DNA of 64,000 nt from Alphaproteobacteria bacterium (lineage in GTDB: Bacteria > Pseudomonadota > Alphaproteobacteria > CAAHEQ01 > UBA3637), in contig JAFYRI010000007.1 in NCBI GenBank assembly GCA_017559525.1, positions 73,132 through 137,131 on the forward strand, written 5' to 3'. The translations under genes were made by a program, and so were the position numbers. Below, piece after piece: positions 9,554 through 18,464 of this stretch (position 1 is its first letter; each line of letters opens with the position of its first letter). The notes beneath the pieces were generated by a model, which did not search any database, was not told the DNA's origin, and worked only from the letters and a program-made list of their open reading frames with translations.

Positions 9554-10756
9554 ATGATCCCCTTGAATTTTGCTCCCAGATGTTTAATCATAGCCCGTGT
9601 TTTACGGATGATGAACTTTTTATTGCCGATTATGGTGTTGTTTTATCAGGATAAAGGTGCAACAATTGGCGATGTTTTCTTAATCCAAGGGGCCTGGGCC
9701 ATCAGTGTTTTCTTTTTGGAAATCCCAAGTGGTTATTTGGGTGATTTATGTTCCAGAAAAACAATGGTTACATTGTCCTTTTTGGTATGTGCCGGTGCCA
9801 ACTTTTTAATGGGATTTGGTTATGGTTTTTGGGTATTGTTGTGTGGTGAATTATTGTTGGGATTTTCCCATGCTTTATACTCTGGTACGGCTGAAGCCTA
9901 TTATCATGATTTGCTGAAAAAACGTTCTAAAGAAGGAAAATTGCATAAAAAATTAGCAAAACTGGAAACGTTTTCTATGACTGGTTTAGCGGTTGCAACA
10001 GTATTGGCTGGTTTTGTATACAGTTGGTTAGGTGCTAATGCCTGTGCTTATTTGACGGGTATTTTATCGCTAGTTGCTTTTGGAATAGTATGTTTCTTGC
10101 CAAATATTAAAGAGTCTAAGCGTGTTGTTGCCGATAATATCAGTAAGTTTAAAGATTTGATGAATATTTCTAAATTTACAATGAAACATCCAGAAATTAA
10201 ATGGTTGATTTTGTTTCCGGCTTGCTATGGTGCTTTAACTTTTGTGCTGTTATGGGGAATGCAACCTATGATGGTTGATAAAGAGGTGCCGGTCTATTTA
10301 TTTGGGTTTATTGCCGGGTTTAATATGTTTTGTCGTACGGGGTGGGCTTATTTGTCCGGTGTATTACTAGATAAAATTAAACTCAGAAAAACAGCTCGTG
10401 TTTTATTTTACACATTATGTATCGGTGCAATCAGCGCTTGTGTGATTATGTCAGCTCATAATATGGTCTTAGTTTATGCATTATTGGCTTTGATTGCAAT
10501 CGCAAATGCTTCACAAATGGCAGTAGAGATTATTACATCAAATTTTGTACACCATCGTATTAAATCTGATGAACGTTCAACAATTTTATCGGTCAAATCT
10601 ATGATATCAATGTTCGCCTCCGGTACATTAATGATTTTAATTAAACCGTTAATTGATGTATTTGGTATTCAAATGACATTTATTTTGTGTGGATTGTTGG
10701 TTATTCCAACATTTGTAGCGATGATGCATTTATTGAAATTACGAATTAAAGAATGA
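9554..10756 (+). CDS. MFS transporter
   Basis: 400 aa, about 12 hydrophobic segments, EIPSGYLGD-type loop motif. Confidence 0.75.
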   Translation: MIPLNFAPRCLIIARVLRMMNFLLPIMVLFYQDKGATIGDVFLIQGAWAISVFFLEIPSGYLGDLCSRKTMVTLSFLVCAGANFLMGFGYGFWVLLCGELLLGFSHALYSGTAEAYYHDLLKKRSKEGKLHKKLAKLETFSMTGLAVATVLAGFVYSWLGANACAYLTGILSLVAFGIVCFLPNIKESKRVVADNISKFKDLMNISKFTMKHPEIKWLILFPACYGALTFVLLWGMQPMMVDKEVPVYLFGFIAGFNMFCRTGWAYLSGVLLDKIKLRKTARVLFYTLCIGAISACVIMSAHNMVLVYALLALIAIANASQMAVEIITSNFVHHRIKSDERSTILSVKSMISMFASGTLMILIKPLIDVFGIQMTFILCGLLVIPTFVAMMHLLKLRIKE

Positions 10757-10847
10757 AAAAGCCTTGTATGCTAATGTTTTGTAGGAAAAATAATTGTGGT
10801 ACTATAGTACCTTGTAAATTTTTTTAATAAAATCATATAAAAAATGC

Positions 10848-10876
10848 TTGACATGTGCAAAAAATTAATATATAAA
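10848..10876 (+). promoter_or_regulatory. sigma70-type promoter of rplM-rpsI
   Basis: aaaaatgcTTGACA, 17 nt, TATAAA. Confidence 0.6.
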
Positions 10877-10914
10877 AACATCGTTTAGAAAAAAATAACC
10901 TAAGGATTAAAACT

Positions 10915-11385
10915 ATGACAATGAAAACAACTAAGACAATTAATCCGGCTAACAGCGATATCAAATGGTATTTGGTTGATGCTGAAGGTTTGGTTTTAGG
11001 TCGTTTGGCCAGTCAATTGGCTAACATTATTCGTGGTAAAAACAAACCATGTTACACACCTTCTCAAGATTGTGGTGACTATGTGGTTGTTGTAAATGCC
11101 GACAAAGTAAAATTAACAGGTCGTAAAATGGAACAAAAAATGTACTACCATCATACAGGTTATGTTGGCGGTATTAAAGGTGTTTCCGTTGCAAAACAAT
11201 TGGAAGAACATCCAGAACGCGTTTTAATCAAAGCCGTTCAACGCATGGTTTCTCGCGGTAAATTAGGTCGTCAACAAATGACAAAATTACGCGTATTTGC
11301 CGGTCCTGAACACACACACCAAGCTCAATCTCCGATTACTTTGGACATTGGTGCTATGAACCCAAAAAATAAAAGAGGTGCATAA
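10915..11385 (+). CDS. rplM: 50S ribosomal protein L13
   Basis: [29 protein letters not shown]...HTGYVGGIK. Confidence 0.97.
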   Translation: MTMKTTKTINPANSDIKWYLVDAEGLVLGRLASQLANIIRGKNKPCYTPSQDCGDYVVVVNADKVKLTGRKMEQKMYYHHTGYVGGIKGVSVAKQLEEHPERVLIKAVQRMVSRGKLGRQQMTKLRVFAGPEHTHQAQSPITLDIGAMNPKNKRGA

Positions 11386-11885
11386 TGACAGAAACTAAAG
11401 TTAAAAAAGGTTTGGCTGACGTAAAAGCAGAAATGGCTGCTCAAACTGAAGTGGCTACAGCCGAAACTCCGGCTCCTCGTCAACCGAAAAAAGACAAATT
11501 GGGTCGCAGCCAATCCGTCGGTAAAAAGAAAAATGCTATTGCTCGTGTTATCATTAAAATGGGTAAAGGTAACATCGTTGTAAACGGTCGTACTTTGGAA
11601 GACTACTTCCCACGTCCAGCATTACGTATGATTATCAACCAACCATTTGCTTTGACAGATCGTGAAGGTCAATTCGATGTTCAATGTAATGTTTGCGGTG
11701 GTGGTTTAGCTGGTCAAGCTTATGCTTTACGTCATGGTATCAGCCGTTGTTTGGATATGTTTGAACCTGAATTACACACAACACTCAAAAAAGCTGGTTT
11801 CTTAACTCGCGATTCTCGTGTTGTTGAACGTAAAAAACCGGGTCGTCCAAAAGCTCGTAAACGCTTCCAATTCTCCAAACGTTAA
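11385..11885 (+). CDS. rpsI: 30S ribosomal protein S9
   Basis: ATGA overlap with rplM; [10 protein letters not shown]...[17 protein letters not shown]...[18 protein letters not shown]. Confidence 0.97.
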   Translation: MTETKVKKGLADVKAEMAAQTEVATAETPAPRQPKKDKLGRSQSVGKKKNAIARVIIKMGKGNIVVNGRTLEDYFPRPALRMIINQPFALTDREGQFDVQCNVCGGGLAGQAYALRHGISRCLDMFEPELHTTLKKAGFLTRDSRVVERKKPGRPKARKRFQFSKR

Positions 11886-11902
11886 TTTGGAATTTGGTTC
11901 AA

Positions 11903-11935
11903 AAAATCCTCACCGATTGGTGTGGATTTTTTTTA
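11903..11935 (+). terminator. rho-independent terminator after rpsI
   Basis: aatcctcacc-gatt-ggtgtggatt followed by T8. Confidence 0.8.
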
Positions 11936-12186
11936 TTGAAAAAATAAAAATATTAAGCTGAAGGTGAATTATTATAAAATTTAAAATAATCCAATCTCTT
12001 TTTATTTGTGCAGTTGTGCAGTGGTGGCATTTGTGAAGTAATCTGTATTTGATTTATTTATTATTCATCTAAATCCGCAATGGTATACTGTATCATGCCG
12101 GCATTATGGTCTTTCAATTAAAAAATGGCGAATTTTTAGAAAATAAATAAAAATACATTGTATTTCAATGCGTTATTTTGATGTTA

Positions 12187-12215
12187 TTGACAAAAATAAA
12201 TTGGTGTGTTACAAT
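12187..12215 (+). promoter_or_regulatory. sigma70-type promoter
   Basis: TTGACA, 17 nt, TACAAT upstream of 12241. Confidence 0.55.
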
Positions 12216-12240
12216 AAAACAAATTGAATTGGAGGTACAA

Positions 12241-12435
12241 ATGAAAGATAAGTCAACAAAAACGAAGAATAATTCAAAATTAATTTGGGGAATTAGTGCT
12301 TTAATTGTGGCAGTCGCTGCTTTAAATATTTGGGGCGAAATATCGCCTATAAAAAAGCCTGTTTCAAAGAATGATCCTGAGGCTTATTTGAAAAACAATG
12401 CATTAAAAACGGCTTTGGAACGTTCTAGAAATTAA
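12241..12435 (+). CDS. small membrane-anchored hypothetical protein
   Basis: ORF 12178.. trimmed to the ATG after GGAGG; single TM segment LIWGISALIVAVAALNIW. Confidence 0.5.
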   Translation: MKDKSTKTKNNSKLIWGISALIVAVAALNIWGEISPIKKPVSKNDPEAYLKNNALKTALERSRN

Positions 12436-12464
12436 GTTTTAATGTTAGATAGTAGATATAAATA

Positions 12465-12490
12465 TCCCTCTTTCGTTATGGAAAGAGGGA
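12465..12490. terminator. bidirectional terminator hairpin
   Basis: tccctctttc-gttatg-gaaagaggga, perfect 10-bp stem between convergent genes. Confidence 0.75.
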
Positions 12491-12497
12491 TAAAATA

Positions 12498-12947
12498 TTA
12501 TTTTACGATTAATTGAGTGCCTTTGACATCAATAACCGTTACTTCGTCGCCTTTTTTGAAATCATTATCGGATAGGGCGATCCATACGCTGTCCCCAACG
12601 GCAATTTTACCGCGTCCGTTTTTGATTGGTTCAACAACGATAAAGCGAGCACCGACATAACGGTGTGCACCGGTTTTTTTGTTGTGTTCATTTTCTTTGT
12701 TTTTGCCAAAGATTTTTGTGTACACTAAAATACCAAAAGTCACACAAATTAATGACATAATAACAAAAATTAAAAGTTGGATAGATAATGTTATCCCGCT
12801 GAACATTAAAACGGTTAGGCCGGTTAAAATACTTCCCAATCCAAACCAAATTAAAAATGTGCCCGGGATGAGTAATTCTAAAATCATTAAAATGACGCCT
12901 AAGCTCATCCATGACCATACGCCCCAAGTCTCAAAAAGTGTTTGCAT
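12498..12947 (-). CDS. NfeD-family membrane protein
   Basis: three or four TM segments plus a C-terminal OB-like GKIAVGDSVWIALSDN...GDEVTVIDVKGTQLIVK; downstream of an SPFH gene. Confidence 0.85.
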   Translation of the reverse strand: MQTLFETWGVWSWMSLGVILMILELLIPGTFLIWFGLGSILTGLTVLMFSGITLSIQLLIFVIMSLICVTFGILVYTKIFGKNKENEHNKKTGAHRYVGARFIVVEPIKNGRGKIAVGDSVWIALSDNDFKKGDEVTVIDVKGTQLIVK

Positions 12948-12997
12948 ATTTTTTCCTTTTTTTTAAGAGGGGATACGAGTGTTGTATCCCCAATAAT

Positions 12998-13933
12998 TTA
13001 TTTTTTTGTTATTTTTGTATTGTTGTCACCTAAAACTGATTTTGTTAATTCTGCAATACCGGCAATTGAGCTTGCAATTTGTTGCGTTTCAAATGGCAAC
13101 ATTAACAATTTTTGGTTCGGTGAGTTGACAATGCCTTTTAAAGCTTCCACGTATGCTTGACCTAAGAAATAGTTCAAAGCTTGAGGTTGTCCTTTTGCAA
13201 TGGCATCGGAAACCATTTGAGTTGCTTTTGCTTCAGCCTCGGCAGCACGTTCTCTGGCTTCAGCTTGACGATAGGCAACTTCTTTTTCACCTTCTGCAGC
13301 CAAAACAGCGGCTTGTTTTTCACCTTCGGCTTTTAAAACGGCAGCTTGTTTTAACCCTTCGGCATCCAAAATGTTGGCACGTTTTTCACGTTCGGCTTTC
13401 ATTTGTCTGGCCATGGAGTCAATTAAATCACGTGGAGGAGAAATATCTTTAATTTCCACACGTGTGATTTTAGTTCCCCAAGGAATGGTTGCTTCATCAA
13501 CTACACTGAGCAATCTTTGGTTAATAACATCACGTTGAGATAATAATTCATCAATTTCCATGCTACCAATAACTGTTCTGACATTTGTCATAACTAAGTT
13601 TAAAATACCGCTGTATAGGTTGTGAATTTGATACGATGCGGCATATGGATCTTGAATTTCAAAGAAAACAACGCCATCTACACGAACCATAGCGTTATCT
13701 TTTGTAATCACATCTTGTGAAGGAATATCTAAAACTTGTTCCATCATGTTAACTTTTTGTCCGATGCGTTCAATGATTGGAACTAAAAAGTGTAAACCTG
13801 GTTTTAAGATTTTAGTAAAGCGTCCCAAATTTTCAACAGTATATTCATACCCTTGAGGAACAATGGTTAAGCACCATTTTATCAGCAAAATGGTAAAAAT
13901 AACCAATATAAAAACAAAAACGGGAAATTCCAT
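12998..13933 (-). CDS. SPFH/band-7 (stomatin-like) protein
   Basis: N-terminal TM segment, SPFH core (VPQGYEYTVENLGRFTK...), Ala/Glu-rich coiled-coil tail. Confidence 0.9.
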   Translation of the reverse strand: MEFPVFVFILVIFTILLIKWCLTIVPQGYEYTVENLGRFTKILKPGLHFLVPIIERIGQKVNMMEQVLDIPSQDVITKDNAMVRVDGVVFFEIQDPYAASYQIHNLYSGILNLVMTNVRTVIGSMEIDELLSQRDVINQRLLSVVDEATIPWGTKITRVEIKDISPPRDLIDSMARQMKAEREKRANILDAEGLKQAAVLKAEGEKQAAVLAAEGEKEVAYRQAEARERAAEAEAKATQMVSDAIAKGQPQALNYFLGQAYVEALKGIVNSPNQKLLMLPFETQQIASSIAGIAELTKSVLGDNNTKITKK

Positions 13934-14153
13934 ATTTGTACTCCTGATTGTTAAAAGAACCCTATGTTCTTTTTTCTATAGTAACTATATCGTAAGAAAG
14001 GTTAATATTGTATTAATAGTAATTTATATTTTCTCTATTTGTCAAAAACTCTATTGATTATTAATGAAATTGAAACAAGTAGGTAAAAGAAAAAGCACCT
14101 AATCATTTTATTGTATTGGATATATATTGGAAAATGTTTTTTATTATGGCTAA

Positions 14154-14179
14154 TAAAAAAACCGACCAGATGGTCGGTT
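14154..14179 (-). terminator. terminator downstream of tRNA-Gly
   Basis: accgacc-agat-ggtcggt hairpin followed (minus strand) by T6. Confidence 0.7.
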
Positions 14180-14186
14180 AAAATAT

Positions 14187-14261
14187 TGGAGCGGGTGAAG
14201 GGATTCGAACCCTCGACATCAACCTTGGCAAGGTTGCGCTCTACCCCTGAGCTACGCCCGC
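14187..14261 (-). tRNA. tRNA-Gly (GCC)
   Basis: reverse complement GCGGGCGTAGCTCAGGGGTAGAGCGCAACCTTGCCAAGGTTG...TTCGAATCCCTTCACCCGCTCCA; one C-A mismatch in the acceptor stem. Confidence 0.88.
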
Positions 14262-14419
14262 ATCGTTTCGATGAACGTATTTATGACATAAAAAAAAACA
14301 AAATGCAAGCGTTTTTTTTAAAAAATATAAATTATTTTATAACAAATTGAAATATAATGCAAAAAATGTTTTATTTTTTTATATTCTTTTTTGTCTTTCT
14401 AAAAAAAATATGTTTAAAA

Positions 14420-14448
14420 TTGTTAAAAAAGTCATTTTGTGATATAAT
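14420..14448 (+). promoter_or_regulatory. sigma70-type promoter
   Basis: TTGTTA, 17 nt (ending tgtga), TATAAT. Confidence 0.55.
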
Positions 14449-14480
14449 ATAAATAAGATGATTCGTACTTGGAGGTGTCT

Positions 14481-15830
14481 ATGGGGTTAAAAGATACTTT
14501 AAAATCTTTGTCAAGACAAGGTAAAATTGCTGGTACTTTAGCGATGGGGACAATGAGTGCTGATGCTGCTTCAAATATGGACGTGGAGCAAATTCAACAG
14601 GTGGCAGAGGCTATTGTTAAAAAAATCAGTGAACCTCGGGTTAAACGGACAACATCGGAGGCTTTGTTGGAGGAAGTATTGAAAACGCCGACACAACCAA
14701 TTAGCGCAACAATGCGTGTGTTGACGGATAAAGAGTTATGGACGCCTAATTTTAAGGAGGGAATGGATAACTTAGTTCATGAATTTTTGCAAGCTTCCCC
14801 TCATCAAATTCAAAATCAAACTCAAAATATTCAAAGTAATGATGTTGAAAAAGATAAATTTCCGGTTCGGGATTATATCGGTGATTATGCGCGACAAACA
14901 GAGTTAAAAGCTGGAGAGGCTTTGACGATGCGACATTATCGTAACAGTGGTATTGAGTTGCCACTTAGTGTTTTACCAATGCAAAATTTGCCTGAAAGTG
15001 TTTCAAAAATTCGTATTGGCACAAAGCATTCAGGTACGGATATGCAACAACGAAGTTATCTGGATGAGTTGAAAGATAAAGCATTAGGTGCTTTTTTGCC
15101 ACCAAATGCAGAATTTCTTTACGATACATTAAATACAGCTCAATCTGTTATGGACAGTAAACACAGTTCAACCCGTTTGGTTGGAGGTTATGATTTTGAT
15201 GATGGCACAAAATTAAATATTGCATTAGGCACAGTGCCGATTATGGAAGAATTTTCCTCTCGTGGTATGGCGGCCCCTGTTCAAGGGCATACATTACGAG
15301 ACCGTTTTAATGTTGATCAACGCGTTAAAAATGCCATTTGCTTTGATTATGTGGCAAAAGACGGAGAGGTGCATCGCTTGGGTTATGCTGAAAACAATAA
15401 GCATGGTACCATCTTTAGCTATGATGGAAAAGATGGAGAAGTATTTTATGTTGGTTCTAAAAATGCATTAGAGGATAAATTACAATTTGCTTATGGCGCT
15501 CGTGCAACTACGGCACTAGATGGTTTTGAAGGATTTTGTTCCGTCAAATATAATCCAACTGATAATGCTCAAGCGATGTTTGAGGTGCAAGGAATTGGCA
15601 CGAACGATCCCAGATGCGTAGCTTCTTTTCAACAGAATACCCCGAACTTTGTGTTTGGCGCATTGGCGGCAGCCAGTAAACGGGAACAAGCTTTATATGG
15701 CACGGTTGAACATAAAGAATCTGGATGGTATGCAGCTGCTGGAGCAGAACGTGTAGAAAAATCACCAGGGGATAAACAAACTGGATTTTCGGCTATGATT
15801 GGTAAAAAATGGACGTTTGGTGGGCGATAA
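14481..15830 (+). CDS. hypothetical protein (beta-rich C-terminal half)
   Basis: ORF from 14469 trimmed to the ATG 5 nt after GGAGG; no recognisable motif. Confidence 0.6.
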   Translation: MGLKDTLKSLSRQGKIAGTLAMGTMSADAASNMDVEQIQQVAEAIVKKISEPRVKRTTSEALLEEVLKTPTQPISATMRVLTDKELWTPNFKEGMDNLVHEFLQASPHQIQNQTQNIQSNDVEKDKFPVRDYIGDYARQTELKAGEALTMRHYRNSGIELPLSVLPMQNLPESVSKIRIGTKHSGTDMQQRSYLDELKDKALGAFLPPNAEFLYDTLNTAQSVMDSKHSSTRLVGGYDFDDGTKLNIALGTVPIMEEFSSRGMAAPVQGHTLRDRFNVDQRVKNAICFDYVAKDGEVHRLGYAENNKHGTIFSYDGKDGEVFYVGSKNALEDKLQFAYGARATTALDGFEGFCSVKYNPTDNAQAMFEVQGIGTNDPRCVASFQQNTPNFVFGALAAASKREQALYGTVEHKESGWYAAAGAERVEKSPGDKQTGFSAMIGKKWTFGGR

Positions 15831-15932
15831 GATAATCTATCTGTAAATATTATATTTAGAATTATGATGAATTAATTGTAATAAAACGTGGTGATATTTA
15901 TTACTATATGATTTTTTTATTATAAATAGATG

Positions 15933-15961
15933 TTGACACTATTAACGCATTATGTTAAAGT
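15933..15961 (+). promoter_or_regulatory. sigma70-type promoter of the pilin-like gene
   Basis: TTGACA, 17 nt, TAAAGT. Confidence 0.5.
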
Positions 15962-16037
15962 CAAAAAAAAGAGACATTTTAGTGTTTTATATGTTTGAGT
16001 TAGCTTTCAGGTAGTCAGTTAAGGGAGTGTTTTTTTT

Positions 16038-17159
16038 ATGGGTATACAGATAAATTACAAAAATCAGTCCGGACGTTCTATGGTGGAAATGTTGGGAACC
16101 TTAGCAATCATTGGAGTATTGTCTATTGGTGGTATAGCAGGTTATTCTTATGGGATGAATAAGTATTATACAAGTGTAACCGTTCAGGATATTAATTTAC
16201 GTCTTGTGGATTTGATTGCGCAACAAAGTAATGATACAAAGAATTTATCAGATATATGGAAAGATGAAAAAACAGTTTATCCAATAGAAGTTGTTGCGGA
16301 TACTCAATTGAATATTCCATTGATACGAGTATCTCAGGTGCCTCGAGCGGTATGTAATATGCTTGTTGAACAGATGTCTTCAAAAATGGTTGTAACGGTT
16401 AATTCTTATTTTGTTAATGATAAAAATGATACTGGTTGTATTGATGAAAATACGATGACGTTTTATATGGGAGAAGCGGTAGAATGTGGGGAAAAGTATT
16501 GTTCAGGTTCTTTGCCTATATGTGATAATTCAACAAATACATGTGTGGAATGTTTAACAGCTGAAGATTGTGGTGGTGCTCCGAATTATTGTGCCAATAA
16601 TGTATGTGATACTTGTCCATCCGAAAAGCCTGTGTGGGATAATGAGAGTGGTAAATGCGTTGAATGTTTGTTGGATGCTGATTGTGAAGAGGGAGAATTT
16701 TGCTTGAATAGCAGCACAAATCATACATCACCAGCATATAATACATGTAAATCATATTCATATGAAGTTATTTTACCGGCAAATGAATCTCCAGATGGAC
16801 GTGAGTGGGTACAAGTTAAGATAAATAATTCTTATAATCCAAGTCATCATGATGCGATGGCAGTATGTGCTAAATTGGGTAAAAGTCTCCCACAGATGAC
16901 AGATTTAGCAACAAATGCAGATGGTACAGAATGGACGCCGATTGAAGATGGACATTGTCATGGATTGACAAGAACTGCAACTGCAATAAAGTTATATTCC
17001 AAAGTGACATCTCCGAATGATAGTCAAAAATGTATATGGACAACATTGATAAGCCCAACAGTTACTTATAAGGCTTTTTATACAAAGTTAATACATGGTT
17101 GGACTTGTCCTCATCCACGTGCAGAAAATGGTACAACTATGGTAACGCTCTGCCGATAA
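16038..17159 (+). CDS. modular prepilin-type protein: pilin-like module + Cys-rich spacer + CTLD/DUF1566-like C-terminus
   Basis: N-terminus ...QSG|RSMVEMLGTLAIIGVLSIGG (Gly -1, Glu +5); GYSYGMNKY...; repeated C.EC....DC motifs; SHHDAMAVCAKLGKSL near the C-terminus. Confidence 0.75.
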   Translation: MGIQINYKNQSGRSMVEMLGTLAIIGVLSIGGIAGYSYGMNKYYTSVTVQDINLRLVDLIAQQSNDTKNLSDIWKDEKTVYPIEVVADTQLNIPLIRVSQVPRAVCNMLVEQMSSKMVVTVNSYFVNDKNDTGCIDENTMTFYMGEAVECGEKYCSGSLPICDNSTNTCVECLTAEDCGGAPNYCANNVCDTCPSEKPVWDNESGKCVECLLDADCEEGEFCLNSSTNHTSPAYNTCKSYSYEVILPANESPDGREWVQVKINNSYNPSHHDAMAVCAKLGKSLPQMTDLATNADGTEWTPIEDGHCHGLTRTATAIKLYSKVTSPNDSQKCIWTTLISPTVTYKAFYTKLIHGWTCPHPRAENGTTMVTLCR

Positions 17160-17231
17160 TCTTGAAAAAATAATTTGCCTCTTGACATAAAATGTGCTAC
17201 CTTTGTTATGCATTAATGACAGGAGGCAAAA

Positions 17232-17717
17232 ATGATGGAACAAACTCCCTATATTCGCCCCAGTTGGGATGAATATTTCTTAGAGGTTATGCACTCTTTG
17301 GCAAAGCGAGCTACATGCGACAGAGGACGCACGGCTTGTGTTATTGTAAAGGATAATCAAATTATTGTTTCGGGTTATGTGGGATCTCCTCCGGGATTGC
17401 CGCATTGTGACGAAGTAGGCCATTTGCTGAAAAACTTAACGCACGAAGACGGTACTACGACAACACATTGTATGCGTACGATACACGCCGAACAAAATGC
17501 GATTTGTCAGGCTGCAAAACGAGGTGTTTCCATTGAAGGTGCAACGATTTATTGTAAATTGGCACCATGCCGTACTTGTGCAATGTTATTGATTTCAGCG
17601 GGCATTAAACGAGTCGTTGCCGAATATAAATATCATGCTGGTTCCGATTCGGAAGCCATGTTGAAACAAGCCGGTGTGACGGTTGAATACATTCATGACG
17701 AAACATTGTCATATTAA
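17232..17717 (+). CDS. dCMP deaminase (ComEB-type)
   Basis: zinc motifs HAEQNAI and PCRTCA; GGAGG upstream. Confidence 0.9.
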   Translation: MMEQTPYIRPSWDEYFLEVMHSLAKRATCDRGRTACVIVKDNQIIVSGYVGSPPGLPHCDEVGHLLKNLTHEDGTTTTHCMRTIHAEQNAICQAAKRGVSIEGATIYCKLAPCRTCAMLLISAGIKRVVAEYKYHAGSDSEAMLKQAGVTVEYIHDETLSY

Positions 17718-17737
17718 TAAAAAGAAAGGAAATAAAA

Positions 17738-18220
17738 ATGAAAGGTATTTTTTCAGAATTTAAAAAATTTGCCATGCGTGGCAATGTGATGGATATGGCG
17801 GTCGGTATTATTATCGGGGCTGCCTTTGGTAAGATTGTCGATTCATTGGTAAAAGACATTATTATGCCACCACTTGGTATTTTATTGGGTAAAGTTGATT
17901 TTGCGAACTTGTTCTTTGTTTTAAAAGACGGTCCAAAAGTGCCGGCCCCTTATGAAAGTTTAGAGGTTGCCAAAAACGCAGGTGCTATTACAATTAACGC
18001 GGGTGCTTTTTTGAATACGATAATCAGCTTTATTATCGTTGCCTTTGCCGTGTTTATGTTGATTAAAGCTATGAACACGTTGCAAGCCAAATTGGATAAA
18101 AAAGAAGCCGAAGCCGCACCGGCAGCTCCAACAACAAAAGAATGCCCATATTGTATGTCTCAAATTGCGATTAAGGCAACAAAATGTCCGCATTGTACAT
18201 CGGATTTACCCAAAAAGTAA
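17738..18220 (+). CDS. mscL: large-conductance mechanosensitive channel MscL with C-terminal zinc-ribbon extension
   Basis: [38 protein letters not shown]; extra tail CPYC...CPHC. Confidence 0.93.
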   Translation: MKGIFSEFKKFAMRGNVMDMAVGIIIGAAFGKIVDSLVKDIIMPPLGILLGKVDFANLFFVLKDGPKVPAPYESLEVAKNAGAITINAGAFLNTIISFIIVAFAVFMLIKAMNTLQAKLDKKEAEAAPAAPTTKECPYCMSQIAIKATKCPHCTSDLPKK

Positions 18221-18240
18221 GAATGATTACATTACATAGC

Positions 18241-18269
18241 AAGGTCATCCACAGGGATGACCTTTTTTT
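18241..18269 (+). terminator. rho-independent terminator after mscL
   Basis: aggtcatcc-acag-ggatgacct followed by T7. Confidence 0.85.
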
Positions 18270-18366
18270 GTTGTGTAAAAAAGGGGTTGCAAAGTATGCA
18301 TAAATAGTATAAAAAAATACTATGAAAATAAAAAGTTATGGTAATATTTTTGTCTCAAATAGTAAG

Positions 18367-18448
18367 ATTTCAAATAAGTAATTGAAATTGTACACGCACT
18401 TAGTTTCTGCTAAGCTAATTTTGGGGTTGATTAATTTTATGCATTTAA
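18367..18448 (+). repeat. conserved upstream element (copy of 5700-5783)
   Basis: see 5700-5783; lies 17 nt upstream of the 18465 start. Confidence 0.7.
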
Positions 18449-18464
18449 TTTTATAGGAGAAAAA

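Noticed and set aside
13153-13452. 99-aa plus-strand ORF rich in Leu/Gln/His
   Set aside because: It is the antisense shadow of the Ala/Glu-rich coiled-coil tail of the SPFH gene.
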